Shown in pieces: positions 50,101 to 63,030 of a stretch of 64,000 bases of DNA. Position 1 is the stretch's first letter. The number at the start of each line of letters is the position of its first letter. Position numbers and translations under genes: made by a program. The DNA comes from Octopus sinensis (taxonomy: Eukaryota): contig NC_043000.1 of assembly GCF_006345805.1 (NCBI RefSeq), forward strand, positions 64,480,001-64,544,000, read 5' to 3'. A model generated the notes under the pieces. The model saw nothing but the letters and a program-made list of their open reading frames with translations. It searched no databases and was not told the DNA's origin.

Positions 50101-50619
50101 TTTCCAAGCCATCCTCATTTATACTCTTAGTCTTTTTTAGACGCCTACAGCTGAAGTAGCGAATCTATATTTAAAAAAATGAAGAGAAAAGAAAACAAGA
50201 ATATAACTGAGCGGTCTCTGACGTTTTCAGATTCTCAAAGAATAAAGACTAGACTGAGAATTTTAGCGGGGGTGAAGTGCAAGAGGAAAGTTAAATAGTG
50301 ATGGCGTTCTAAACACTCCCGATTTATGGAGTTTGATAAAATGCAAAGAAAACAAGCAGCTGTTCAAATATTTATTGAAATATTAAATTCGGAGTTATTA
50401 TTTGTTGTGCAAATACAAGCTGTCTTCATGAACTTCCCTGTTAGTTGATGCTTCTGTAAGACTTCCAAGAAGTTACAGAGACGTAAAATTTAGGTCTTAG
50501 AAACCGTCACTTTGTGATGTTCTTTGTGTGTGTGTGTGTGTGTGTGTGTGATGGGGAGTATTTGGCTTTGGTATGAAAGAAATGAAATATTGCATATCCA
50601 TCCATCTGTTTAGTTACCT

Positions 50620-50790
<171 letters not shown>

Positions 50791-51006
50791 TGTCTGTCTA
50801 GCTAGCTAGCCAACTAGTTAACTCTACGTTTTCTCGAGATTATATATAGCATCTGTATAATCAAAATATGAATACACTTGCATCATACATATGTACATAA
50901 ATACACAACATTAAAAGACACATTCAGATAGATATATGTGTGTGTATTAATGTGTGTATGTCTGCGTGTCTGTGTGAGTATACATTCATACATACATACG
51001 TATGAA

Positions 51007-51038
<32 letters not shown>

Positions 51039-51039
51039 C

Positions 51040-51903
51040 ACAAAACAAGAGAGAAGATGGAGAAAAGATTAATAAAAGTTTATTAACATTGACCAGACAA
51101 GACCTACAATTGTCTCAATTCATCACTTGTAGCATAAAAATTAACTAAATGTAATTTAATTTAACTAAATTAATTTGGTTAATTATTTCAAGTGAGAAGA
51201 TCTTCAGGGAAGGATGCACAAAGAAACTTATATTTAAAACAAAATGAAAACATAAAAACAGGAAGAATAGTTGAAAATATATATAGTTATAAAAATAAAT
51301 ACAGTTATAAAAATATATAGTTAGTCGTAAATTAATATAAATAATGATAATGCAGACATATCTTTGCAAAATACGAAAAATAGTGATGATGTGTAAAAAA
51401 CAATAGACTGTTTATTAAATTATGGGAGCAGAGTAGTGAAATAATTAGGTATTCAATATAAACATATATACATACATGCATGTAATACATGTACACCCAC
51501 TTTCTCTCTCACACATATACACATATACATACATATGCATATATATACATATATACACACATACACACACATATATAAGGCTAAGTAAGGTTAATATACT
51601 AGAAAGTAATAAAAATTATTAATTAATAAGAAGATAAAGGGAGAATATATGAAGATTAAGGGAAAATAGAAAGTAGAAGTAATTGTGCTTAAATGAGCTT
51701 CCATATATTCGGATAGAAGAAGAACGCATCCTTCCCTGAATATATTCTCACATGTAGTAATTAACCAAATTAATTTAGTGAAATTCAATTAAATTTGGTT
51801 AATTTTTATGCTGCAATTGATGAATTGAAACAATTGTAGGTCTGGTCTTGTCAATGTTAATAAATTTTAAAAATCTTATCTCTATCTTCTCTCTTCTTTT
51901 GTA
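51040..51903. repeat. ~180-bp inverted repeat (51040-51217 / 51726-51903)
   Basis: Arms align in reverse complement at roughly 85-90% by eye. Confidence 0.85.
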
Positions 51904-52012
51904 TAATATTAATAATACTATATATGTATGTGCCTGCTTTATTAGCCATTCAACTAGTCTAATCTTGGATATTTTTATCCCTCCGGGTTTATATCGTCAC
52001 TTGTATCTTGAG

Positions 52013-52076
<64 letters not shown>

Positions 52077-52109
52077 ATATAGACCAAAAGGGGTACGGAC
52101 GTCGCTATA

Positions 52110-52393
52110 TATATGTATATGTAAAAAAATACAAACTGGGACAGGAACGCAAAACATTTAGAAGACGATACAAAAAACGGACAGGACATTCGAAGCCTAC
52201 AATCTTCAGTCAAGAACCGGATCATCTTCGCAATTTCGGCTGATTAATCTTGAGATTGCTCCGATCTGGCCAGCCCCAAAGGAAAATCTAAGCCAAGCGC
52301 ATTAGAGTCCTTGGAGGCTTTCTTCCAAGGCTTTTTGTATCGTCTTCTAAATGTTTTGCGTTCCTGTCCCAGTTTGTATTTTTTTACATATAC

Positions 52394-52398
<5 letters not shown>
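52110..52398. repeat. Perfect 67-bp inverted repeat (52110-52176 / 52332-52398) around a 155-bp spacer
   Basis: Base-by-base reverse complement identity; flanked by (TA)n. Confidence 0.9.
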
Positions 52399-52438
<40 letters not shown>

Positions 52439-53171
52439 ATATATATATATTAACATACAGATAATTATGCAATTGTTTCTCTTCTTTGGTATCTATTACA
52501 TAACGTGAAGCCGCGGATTTGCATCTGGAAAGTTGCTTTTAGTCTGATTAGGTAGTACCACGGTGAGATGGCAAACGAATCTCAAGGCTACAGACCTGGA
52601 CAAGGTTGTATAAAGATAACTAGTTGCCCATACTGCAAGCCCCTCTTTTCCACGATGCACACGATATCCAAAGAGAAAGGCAAGGTTCATTACACCTTGG
52701 TACCAGTGTCCTTGCAGGAGATACCATAAGTTGAAGACACTGTCAGACAGTCTTACGCACTCTGGCATAAGTACGGGAACGAAATCCTTTTAGTGGGTGC
52801 AAACCCAATTTTTCAGGAGGATGTTTAAAGCATTTTCATTAAAAAAAATTTCGACAAGAAAAATTTTAATTTAGGGGTGCAAGCGCAGCTCCTATTCTCG
52901 AGCTTATGTACTCCCGCTACTGATTCGTAGTCGATTAAATCTCTTTTTCTGTCCCACCCGCTTCACACACATACTGGTGCTTTAAATAGTGGTCCTTGGA
53001 TTTGACTTCGTTGTGATTTGAACGCAGAACAAAAAGCATCGCAGCAAATACCACAAGGCAATTTATTCGGCGCTCTGACTATACAGATACACCCACCTAC
53101 ATGCATGCATGCATACATACATACATACATACTACATACATACATACATACATACATACATACATACATAC

Positions 53172-53345
53172 CAGTGCTTTCTTCACTTGCAGTACACTTA
53201 TCTTCTTTTCAAAATTTGGCGGCACACCTGAACTAAGTATAATTTGTCTAAGTATAGACAAATTATATTCAGGTTTCACTGCAGCACACCTAGGATGGTC
53301 TCGTGGCACACTAGTGTGCCGCGGCATACCGGTTGCGGAGCATTG
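53172..53345. mobile_element. hAT-type MITE (174 bp) with an internal palindrome
   Basis: Ends CAGTGCT.../...AGCATTG; 8-bp TSD ATACATAC / ATATATAC. Confidence 0.7.
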
Positions 53346-53395
53346 ATATATATACAAATACATATAAATACGAACGTACACAGGTACATACACAC

Positions 53396-53547
53396 TAGCG
53401 TGGCTGGGGGCTGGGGCAGTAGGGGCGGCATTTTTGAAGAGGCAGCACTTTTAGATCTACTGCAGGCAATGTGTTTTTTGGGGGTGGGGGGCCGGAAAGT
53501 GGAAAACAGAAGGGCCGCCCCAGGCGGCACACACTCTAGCTACGCTG
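53396..53547. mobile_element. Second hAT-type MITE (152 bp)
   Basis: TIRs TAGCGTGGCT / AGCTACGCTG; candidate TSD ATACACAC / GTACACAT. Confidence 0.55.
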
Positions 53548-55244
53548 GTACACATACACAATACATACATATGTTCGTATGTACATACGTACACACACAC
53601 ACACACACATGACGGTCTTTCGTTTTATGTACATATAATGACGGGCAACAAAGTGGAAAGGAAGCTGCCAAAACTTTACTCGGTAAACTAGTCTTCTAAA
53701 AAATCTCTCTCCCCTCTTTCTCTCTCACTCTCACTTTCTGTATCCTTCTAAGAGTCTTTCTTCTATCCCCCAGATAGTTAGTCAGCCAAGACAAGAGTAC
53801 ACATTCATACGTATATATCCATACACAGATACGTACACACACACACACGCGCGCGCACGCACACACACACACACACACACACATACACACACACACACAC
53901 ACACATACATACGTACATACGTACATACACTCTTATGTGTACACAAGCTTCCATTTTCCAGCTAAACAGAAGCTAAACCTTTGGCGTAAGCCAGAAGAAA
54001 AGACACGGGAATCAATAAGCAGACCTGACAATACAGTTAGACTACTTTTGCCGATGACCTCGGCAGCCAGTTGAAACTTATGCAAACATCTGATCTGTGT
54101 ACAGTAATTCTTTTGCCTTAATATAGTAGCAGGCTATTCTAAATAACAGTTCAGTAGTAGGTGTTGTTACCTGTTACCAGAGTATTTTGTTACACTTTTT
54201 CCTCGGTACTTATTTCTAAATTCCTCTCTAACATTACTATAGCTTAACACTTACATCGGGACTCTTTTTTTTTTTAATATTTTTTATTGCTTCAGCAGCC
54301 ACCATTTCTTTTTTTATTTTGATAGGAAGGGGCCAACTTCGTCAGTTATGTTAAACGGATGCGTTCTAATTGATTCGTTGGTTCGTTTTATTCTATGCAA
54401 GCTTCGATTTGCAAGCAGGATTTCTTTACTCTTTAACACTGATTCACCAACCTCCTCATCTCACTCTCTCCCTTCTTTATCTTTCGCTCCCTCGCCTCCG
54501 TCTCTTCCTCTCTTGCTCTCTTCGTTTCTCTAACTTTGTCATTCTCTCATATTCACTTCTTTTTTTCTCCTTCACTCGTATGTTTTAGCTTTTTTTTTTT
54601 TACTTACCCACTATATCTACTTATTTCTCTAAACTCATGCCCTCTCTTTCTCTCTTCCACTTACAATCAGTTCATATCTCCACAGTCATCCATACCCCCT
54701 CCCTTCATCACCCACTTTGGTACATTTATTCTACTTTTATATTCTCTGTTTTCTCTTTCTCTCTCTTCCTCCCTCCCTCCCCGTTGCACGTGGCCATAAA
54801 CACATTAGCTAACATGATGGGACCCCCATCGGTTTCGACGATGCGCTATCGGTTATTCGATCGACTGAACTACCCACCTACTCGTTAAATTAAACGTGTT
54901 AAGAAGCTGAGTTTCACAGACACGTGTACTCTAAGCGTATTTCTTAGGCTAAATTGAATTTTAGAATAACAGGTACGATCAATTCAACAGGCTTTCCCTC
55001 TTATCCAATTCCACTCCCAATACTTAGATCAACCAGAGCCTTACGCTAAATCATACGTGTCCAGAGCAAGCGTAGCTGTATGGTAACAGGTTTTACTTCC
55101 TAACCTTATGGTTCTAAATTCATTCTCACTGCGTGGCAACTTGGGAAGTATCTTCTATTATAATCTATGGCCGACCAAAGCTGGGATGGAGTACACGCAG
55201 TCTTTGGTCATATTTTCTTCTATTGGTGGTTTTACTCGAAGGAA

Positions 55245-55489
<245 letters not shown>

Positions 55490-55492
<3 letters not shown>

Positions 55493-55673
55493 ATCGAAAA
55501 ATACCTAAGGAATGAGAATCCAGGTTCGGAAATTCCTCCAAGACACCTGAAGAAAGCTGGAAAGTATATCAGCCGAAACGTTGTGTTAACAACAAGATGA
55601 GGACAAATATCCGTCGAATGTAAATAATGTAAATAATGTACATAATTCCTCATCTCTTAAATATAGAACTGTA
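55490..55673 (+). mobile_element. Penelope-like terminal fragment with hammerhead motif
   Basis: Same family as 3204-3347, opposite strand. Confidence 0.72.
55542..55587 (+). ncRNA. Minimal type I hammerhead ribozyme motif
   Basis: GACAC-CUGAAGA-A-AGCUG(10 nt)CAGCC-GAAACGUU-GUGUU; core intact, palindromic ACGU stem III, one A-C mismatch at the base of stem II. Confidence 0.75.
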
Positions 55674-55675
55674 TT

Positions 55676-56086
55676 AGCAAATATTCTGCTCAATACCACA
55701 GATTTGCTTGTCAGTTGTTCAACTATAACCAGTTGAACATGTCCCTTAGTAGGTGATGTTACGTGCATCTCTGATCACGAGCAGAAGTAGTGGGTGAGCA
55801 TCAAAGCCATGTGTTGAGAGGAATTTTGGTGGGTTTGAATAATTCACCTCTGGAAATATGGGTGTTTCGTTCATCATCCTTAAACAAGCCTTATTCAGGG
55901 ACCTTTTGAGCAGGATGGACTACTCGACCTGGTGAAAATTCTAAGTGGGCCCCACCTGCAAGGTAATGCGTTCTTTATCTTGATATGAGATCACCATGTC
56001 ACGCACATATGATTGTGATGCATGTGTCTGGGTTTCGTATATTTTACCCCAGTGTCACTTTGATGGCATGCACTGCTCTCTCACTC

Positions 56087-56134
<48 letters not shown>

Positions 56135-57825
56135 TCTCATGGCTTCTGATCTTAACTGATTGGAAGTGTTATCATGTACATTGTTTTGTCTTGGTATAAA
56201 AGATGGGCTACAGCAAATATTCTGCTCAATACCACAGATTTGCTTGTCAGTTGTTTGACCTTAACCAGTTGAGCATGTCCCTTAGTGGCTGACGTATGTG
56301 CATCTCTGATCACGAGCAGAAGTAGTGGGGGAGCATCATAGCCGTGTGTTGAGAGGGATTCTTTGGGGTTTGAATAATTCACCTCTGGAAAGATGGGTGG
56401 TTCTTTCAACATCCTTAAACAACCCTTATTCAGGGACCTTTTGAGCGGGATGGGCTACTCAACCTGAAGAAAATTCTAACTGGGCCCCACCTGCAAGGTC
56501 ATGTGCTGTTTATCTTGATATGAGATCACCATGTTTTGCACATATGGTTGTGATGCATGTGCCTGGTGTACCTTTATCAGACGGGTAGTCATGATGGTTA
56601 TATTGGGCTTCGTATATTTTACCCCAGGTGTCACTTTGATGGCATGCACTGCTCTCTCACTCAATAATAATAATAATAATAATAAAATGCCCCGATGCAG
56701 TACCAGACAGTGGCTCTCGTGGCTTCTGATCTTAACTGATTGGAAGTGTTATCATGTACATTGTTTTGTCTTGGTATAAAAGATGGGCTACAGCAAATAT
56801 TCTGCTCAATACCACAGATTTGCTTGTCAGTTGTTTGACCATAACCAGTTGAGCATGACCCCTAGTGGCTGACGGTATGTGCATCTCTGATCACGAGCAG
56901 AAGTAGTGGGGGAGCATCATAGCCATGTGTTGAGAGGGATTCTTTGGGGTTTGAATAATTCACCTCTGGAAACATGGGTGGTTCGTTCAACATCCTTAAA
57001 CAACCCTTATTCAGGGACCTTTTGAGCGGGATGGGCTACTCAACCTGAAGAAAATTCTAACTGGGCCCCACCTGCAAGGTCATGTGCTGTTTATCTTGAT
57101 ATGAGATCACCATGTTTTGCACATATGGTTGTGATGCATGTGCCTGGTGTACCTTTATCAGACGGGTAGTCATGATGGGTATATTGGGCTTCGTATATTT
57201 TACCCCAGGTGTCACTTTGATGGCATGCACTGCTCTCTCACTCAATAATAATATAATAATAATAATAAAATGCCCCGATGCAGTACCAGACAGTGGCTCT
57301 CGTGGCTTCTGATCTTAACTGATTGGAAGTGTTATCATGTACATTGTTTTGTCTTGGTATAAAAGATGGGCTACAGCAAATATTCTGCTCAATACCACAG
57401 ATTTGCTTGTCAGTTGTTTGACCATAACCAGTTGAGCATGACCCCTAGTGGCTGACGGTATGTGCATCTCTGATCACGAGCAGAAGTAGTGGGGGAGCAT
57501 CATAGCCATGTGTTGAGAGGGATTCTTTGGGGTTTGAATAATTCACCTCTGGAAACATGGGTGGTTCGTTCAACATCCTTAAACAACCCTTATTCAGGGA
57601 CCTTTTGAGCGGGATGGGTTACTCGACAAGAAGAAAATTCTAAGTGGGCCCCACCTGCAAGGTCATGCGCTGTTTATCTTGATATGTGATCACCATGTCG
57701 CGCACATTTGGTTATGATGCATGTGCCTGGTGTACCTTTATCAGATGAGTAGTAATGATGGGTATACTGGGCTTCGTATATTTTACCCCAGCGTCATTTT
57801 GATGGCATGTACTGCTCTCTCACTC
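55676..57825 (+). mobile_element. Head-to-tail array of four copies of the (AAT)n-associated element (55676-56086 truncated, 56134-56662, 56687-57243, 57270-57825)
   Basis: Each copy ends ...gctctctcactc(aat)n; 583-bp period between the last two starts. Confidence 0.92.
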
Positions 57826-57967
<142 letters not shown>

Positions 57968-59480
57968 TTTCTTTATTAGCCACAAGGGCTTACATAAATC
58001 AACATGAAATGACAAAACAGGACAATACAACGGGTTTTGAAGCGTGTAAACAGTGGATAACAGAAAAAATTGAACTAGTTAAATTCCCAGAAGGGGGAGT
58101 CGATTTAAGGCTACTCGTAGGAAAACCCACAAAAGCCACGGGTGGCCAGACCAACAGGGTAAGAGCCCTCTCCTTTTATTTTTACAGGCGCATGCTCAAA
58201 ATGGGTCCTTTCACATTGACCATTTTTCCAACATTCACTCACCTTTCAACAAATTTGCTAGAAAACAATACTTCCCTCTCCACCCTCACTTTCCTTTTCA
58301 AGTGAAACTTGAAGAAGTTTATGAGGACTTGGTCAAAGAGGAAAGTGTTTGTCTTTAGCCCTTTCAAACGTGTCCACTACACTACCTCTTTCGCTACAGC
58401 CACCAGACAAATAAAAATGTCCTGTCCCTCCCGGCCAAAGGAGGGCGGCAGGGCAATCTTCACTATGGATTCAGCTGATAGCCGGATCCGACCTGCACGT
58501 GCCAGCAGGTGTTCGGGCACTGGATGGGTGCGTGCAGAACGGTTTCGTTGCTCTGAGCTTACCTCGGGTAGGCTCGGCTGACGGAACTTCCGTGCCTGTA
58601 AAGTTTATCCCGAATGCGCAGCGCCCTACGGTAGCACTGCCAAGCCAGGGATTTCTGGAAGTTATCCAAAGGCCCCGATCCGAAAGTCCTCCGAAACAGA
58701 CCAGTAAGTTGATCCTCGTCGACGCCCAGAGCTTCCCAGAGAACCTCGTCCCACTTTTCCTCCGCCAACCCTCTATAGAATGCGACAGTGGAACTACTAC
58801 CGACCGCATTGCCCAACTGGCAAAGAGCTGTGTGCGCTTGACCGCACTCGAGGGGCCAAGCGCCCATCCTCGGTCCGTGCCTAATCCATGATTGCAGCTC
58901 AGTCAAAAAAAAAAAAACGAGCTGTGGGAGAGCGAGTCTAACAAACGGCGACCACACCTGCTCATCGTCAAGGAAACGCTGTAGATGTCGCAGCTTGAGC
59001 GCATGTCTGCGCATCAGCAACCACAACATGCCCAGCCCCACCCCATTTCATCGGCTGTTGACAGCAGATGTAGCGCCTGACTAGCGGAATGCGTCTCTTC
59101 CGCTTTCAGCGGAAGGGTGAGCGCACCAGCTTGTTCAGCCAGCATACGGGGCAAGAGGCAACGGTCAAGCGGTAGTAGATAACAGATGCGATGCACGCAT
59201 TCGCCACCTCAGCTCGACCTTTCAGGGATAGCTTCTTCTCGGCCCATTTCTGGGTGAGATTAGCCACCCTGTTCGTCACCTCGTCCCAGTTTTTCTCCAC
59301 ATAGAGGTCCGGACCGAACCAGATCCCGAGCAATTTAACCGGACCATCTGTCCAGCGCCCCACGCCACTGTTGGATGGTAAGGACTTGCCTCTCCAGGTA
59401 CCGAGTTGCAAGCCCACTGATTTTTCCGCGTTAATTTTTCCTCCTGTCACTGCTTCATATTTTTTTTAATGTCGCTCCAA
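57968..59480 (-). mobile_element. Tx1/L1-like LINE, 3' ~1.5 kb (late RT to 3' tail)
   Basis: GGKINAEKSVGL...KLLGIWFG...KLSLKGRAEVAN; LMRRHALKLRHL; LDNFQKSLAWQCYRRAL; tail cttgtggctaataaagaaat. Confidence 0.85.
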
Positions 59481-59810
59481 TCAGGTCTATGTGCCTAATG
59501 TACTAGAGTCAATTTATTCCACTGAACAACCCTTGAAGGCGGTTATTCCAGCATAACCGCAGTCTAATAACTGAAACAAATAAAAGATAAATAAATGCTA
59601 AAAAAATAAAATATGCGACGTTCTCTACCAGGCGCGACCTTATGGTTGCAAGGCGAACTTGTAAGCCACTCAGCCAAACCTACGCCCAGTCTCACATAAA
59701 CACTTGCACAAGATATTCTCTGTACACCCCACTACTCTTTTGAAACAACCACCACTCACTGTCTTCACAGCAGTTTCAACTTTGCTACATACTCATATAC
59801 AAACACTCAA

Positions 59811-59842
<32 letters not shown>

Positions 59843-60388
59843 ACACACACACACACACACACCACACACACACACAGACAGACACACACACATACACACA
59901 CAGACACACACTCACACACACACACACACACACACACGCACGCACGCACGTGCACACACTGAAACACCCACATACACACTCCTACGCATTCCAACGCTAT
60001 CTTCTTGCGCACATATTCATATATATATATATAGATAGATGTACACCACCATTGTCTGTTATTCTCCCTCTGCTTCTTTGAATTAGGTATTCATTCATCC
60101 TATTATATAACACTCATGCGAGGATATTGCTTTGTGTGCGTGAGTGTATGTGTGTGTGAGGGTGTGGGATATGTGTAGGTATGTGTGTGTACACACACAG
60201 ATATATACATGCGTTACATATATACGTATACAAACAAATACGCATACATACACGTATATACGTATACTTATAAACATACACACAAATACAATTACAGATC
60301 CTAAACACTCCTAGCTGCACGCACGCACCCTTTCCACACACACACACATACACGCACGCACGCACGCACACACGTGTCTGCGTGAAAG

Positions 60389-60426
<38 letters not shown>

Positions 60427-61790
60427 AATGGCCCACAATTTGAGAGCCAACGTGTTGGTATGACGTGGTCGAAACAACAGCTAATTATCCCTCAAACGAT
60501 ACTCCCACAACCTTATAAAACAGAAGTATTCATTAGGTAAAGTAGTTCAAGAAATTTCAGTGCAAATAAAAAAAGGGAAGGTCAGACCGAAACGCCTTTG
60601 GCCATAAATCTGTTGGTTACATTGAAATAGCGTCATATATACACAATACATGACAAGCTCCGTGAATTAGGAGTTAATTTCCCACCAAACCGAGTTAGCG
60701 TATTAGGTTCGATTCCTGGTCGTCGCTGTTTTCTTTATCCAAACAATACTCAAGATTTGACTGCTATTTCTAATAAATCGTATGACTGTTGGCTTGACTC
60801 GGTACAACGAGATAATTATGGTAACATATTTAAAATCCCATTCCAAACAATATTTTGTTTTGCTTATAGTTCATGCCAGCTGTCACGGAATAGCTGATTC
60901 TATAAAAAATGAGTTGTTAAGATATTGTGGTTTATAGAAACAGTGATCCATTTGAGGTTATTCTGCATCATCAGAGAGAGCATTTTGCTGTATTCAGTAT
61001 ATGCTCTGGCTCTTTGGGTTCTGAGTTCAAATCCAGTCGGTGTCAGCTTTATCTTTAATTTTTTTTTCCCGAGTTGATAACTAGAGTATTTTTCTGAAGT
61101 GATGGATTGGCGTAATTCTTAGAGAATCGGATTAGATGTCTTGTGGTATATATTCCGACAATTTGCGCCAACGTTGGTGACATGCTGTTTGACAGTTGCC
61201 TTTATCGTGAACAACACCGATGATGTAAAAAGAAGAGATTTGTATTCGTGAGTAACTTGCTGGTCTTCCATAAAAATTAAAAAATGGAAGACCTTGCCTG
61301 CACCTTGAAAAAGAACATTTCAGGTCCATTTTCCTTAATCTTAAGAGAATTACGGAATCCCTAAGTAATGTACATTACTTTTCATTCAAATTATTGGTGT
61401 TGTAGCTTAGCCCCAGGTCAGCCCTGGTCGAGTATACTTATGATCAAAGGCATTCTAATCGTAGCCCTGAAACACATAATTCAATATGTCCTTTTCTTAG
61501 TCGGTACATTGTGATTTGAAGGAGATATCTTATTTGAGCAACCCTGTAGAGATGAAAGGCAAAGTCGACACCAGTGGGATCCGAAATTAGGAATGTAAAA
61601 TGCTATAACTAAATACTGCAAGGAATTTTGTTCGATACTCCAACGATTCTACCAAGCCATAACTCTTACCTTATGTACATATATTAGAAGCTTATTTTAT
61701 GGAGCACAGAACAATGTCAGGCAGAGTCGGTCAATTCCGATGCGAGTTGAGCACTAGATCACAAAACGTCTGTTATTTATGCATACGCGA

Positions 61791-62345
61791 AGGCGGCGAG
61801 CTGGCAGAAACGTTAGCACGCCGGGTGAAATGCTTTGCGGTATTTCGTCTGCCGTTGCGTTCTGAGTTCAAATTCCGCCGAGGTCGACTTTGCCTTTCAT
61901 CTTTTCGGGGTCGATTAAATAAGTACCAGTTACGCACTGGGGTCGATCTAATCGACTTAATCCCTTTGTCTGTCCTTGTTTGTCCTCTCTGAGTTTAGCC
62001 CCTTGTGGGTAGTAAAGAAATAGGTATTTCGTCTGCCGCTACGCTCTGAGTTCAAATTCCGCCGAGATTGACTTTACCTTTCATCCTTTCGGGGTCGATT
62101 AAATAAGTACCAGTTACGCACTGGGGTCGATCTAATCGACTTAAACCGTTTGCCTGTCCTTCTTTGTCCCCTCTGTGTATAGCCCCTTGTGGGAAGTAAA
62201 GAAACAGGTATTTCATCCGTCTTTACGTTCAGCGTACAAATTCCGCTGATCAGCTTCATCTTTTATCTTTTCCAGGGTTGGTAGAATAAGTATCAGTGGA
62301 GCACGCAAATCAGGCCCCGCCCATCCCCAACAAAATTTCAGGCGT
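61791..62345 (+). mobile_element. SINE family A composite: head + two 184-bp body/Tx1-tail units + body with ordinary tail
   Basis: Units 61839-62022 and 62023-62206; junctions gaaata|ggtatttc and gaaaca|ggtatttc. Confidence 0.88.
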
Positions 62346-62814
62346 TGTGCCTCCCGTAGTTTTAGTCAGTAAAGTTTGATTTGAGAAAAATGTAGCTGTT
62401 ATTTCTAGCAGTCGAGCGATTTGGTAGAGGCACACTCATTGGTTCATAATATCAATATATTTTCCGAATCAGTAGAATTGTGTATGCATAAATAATCCTT
62501 TCTACTATAGGCACAAGGCCTGCAATAGTTTCATAGGTCTGCATTTAGATAAAGCTATCTGTTCATTATATACATTAAATTATCTCACTTTTCCCCCATT
62601 CCCTCCAGTAATATGAGGTCTGTCCAAAAAGAAACCAGAGACTTAGCTCTTCAATCACTCGGTACAAAATGTTCGCAACTGCATTCTAATAATAAACCAC
62701 ATTACACCACATCAGTGAGTTGTTGAACTAAACGTGTTTGAATGAACGAGTATCTAGTGCACTTGGTGATTAGTTACACGTTAAACAGCGAAAGAATTGA
62801 CATAATGTCGTATT

Positions 62815-63030
62815 TTTTACCTCTTTTAATTGTTTCAGTCATTAGACTGCGGCCATGCTGGGGCACCGCCTTGGAGAATTTTTAATCGAATGAATCGAGC
62901 ACAGTATTTTTTTTTAAAGCCTAGTACTTATTCTATCGGTTTCTTTTGCTGACCGGCTGAGTTACGGGGGCGTAAACACACCAACACGGGTTGTTAAGTA
63001 GTGGTGGTGGTGGGGACAAACACACACACA
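62815..63030 (-). mobile_element. SINE family B, 3' half
   Basis: Reverse complement matches 16820-17022. Confidence 0.72.

Noticed and set aside
51815-51845. TTGATGAATTGAAACAATTGTAG as a hammerhead core
   Set aside because: C3 is absent, there is no stem II, and stem I is incompatible with a cleavage triplet
56687-56760. HDV-like ribozyme at the 5' end of the AAT element (GGCTCTCGTGGC resembles P3/L3)
   Set aside because: P1, P1.1 and P4 could not be assigned; L3 is out of register
55676-57825. Array considered as a CRISPR-like locus or a retrozyme
   Set aside because: Units are ~555 bp with microsatellite spacers and no cas genes; I found no complete CUGANGA...GAAA hammerhead in the unit on either strand
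61791-61880. tRNA gene calls for SINE heads (also 16616, 21468, 23750)
   Set aside because: A and B boxes are present but there is no complete cloverleaf; they run into SINE bodies
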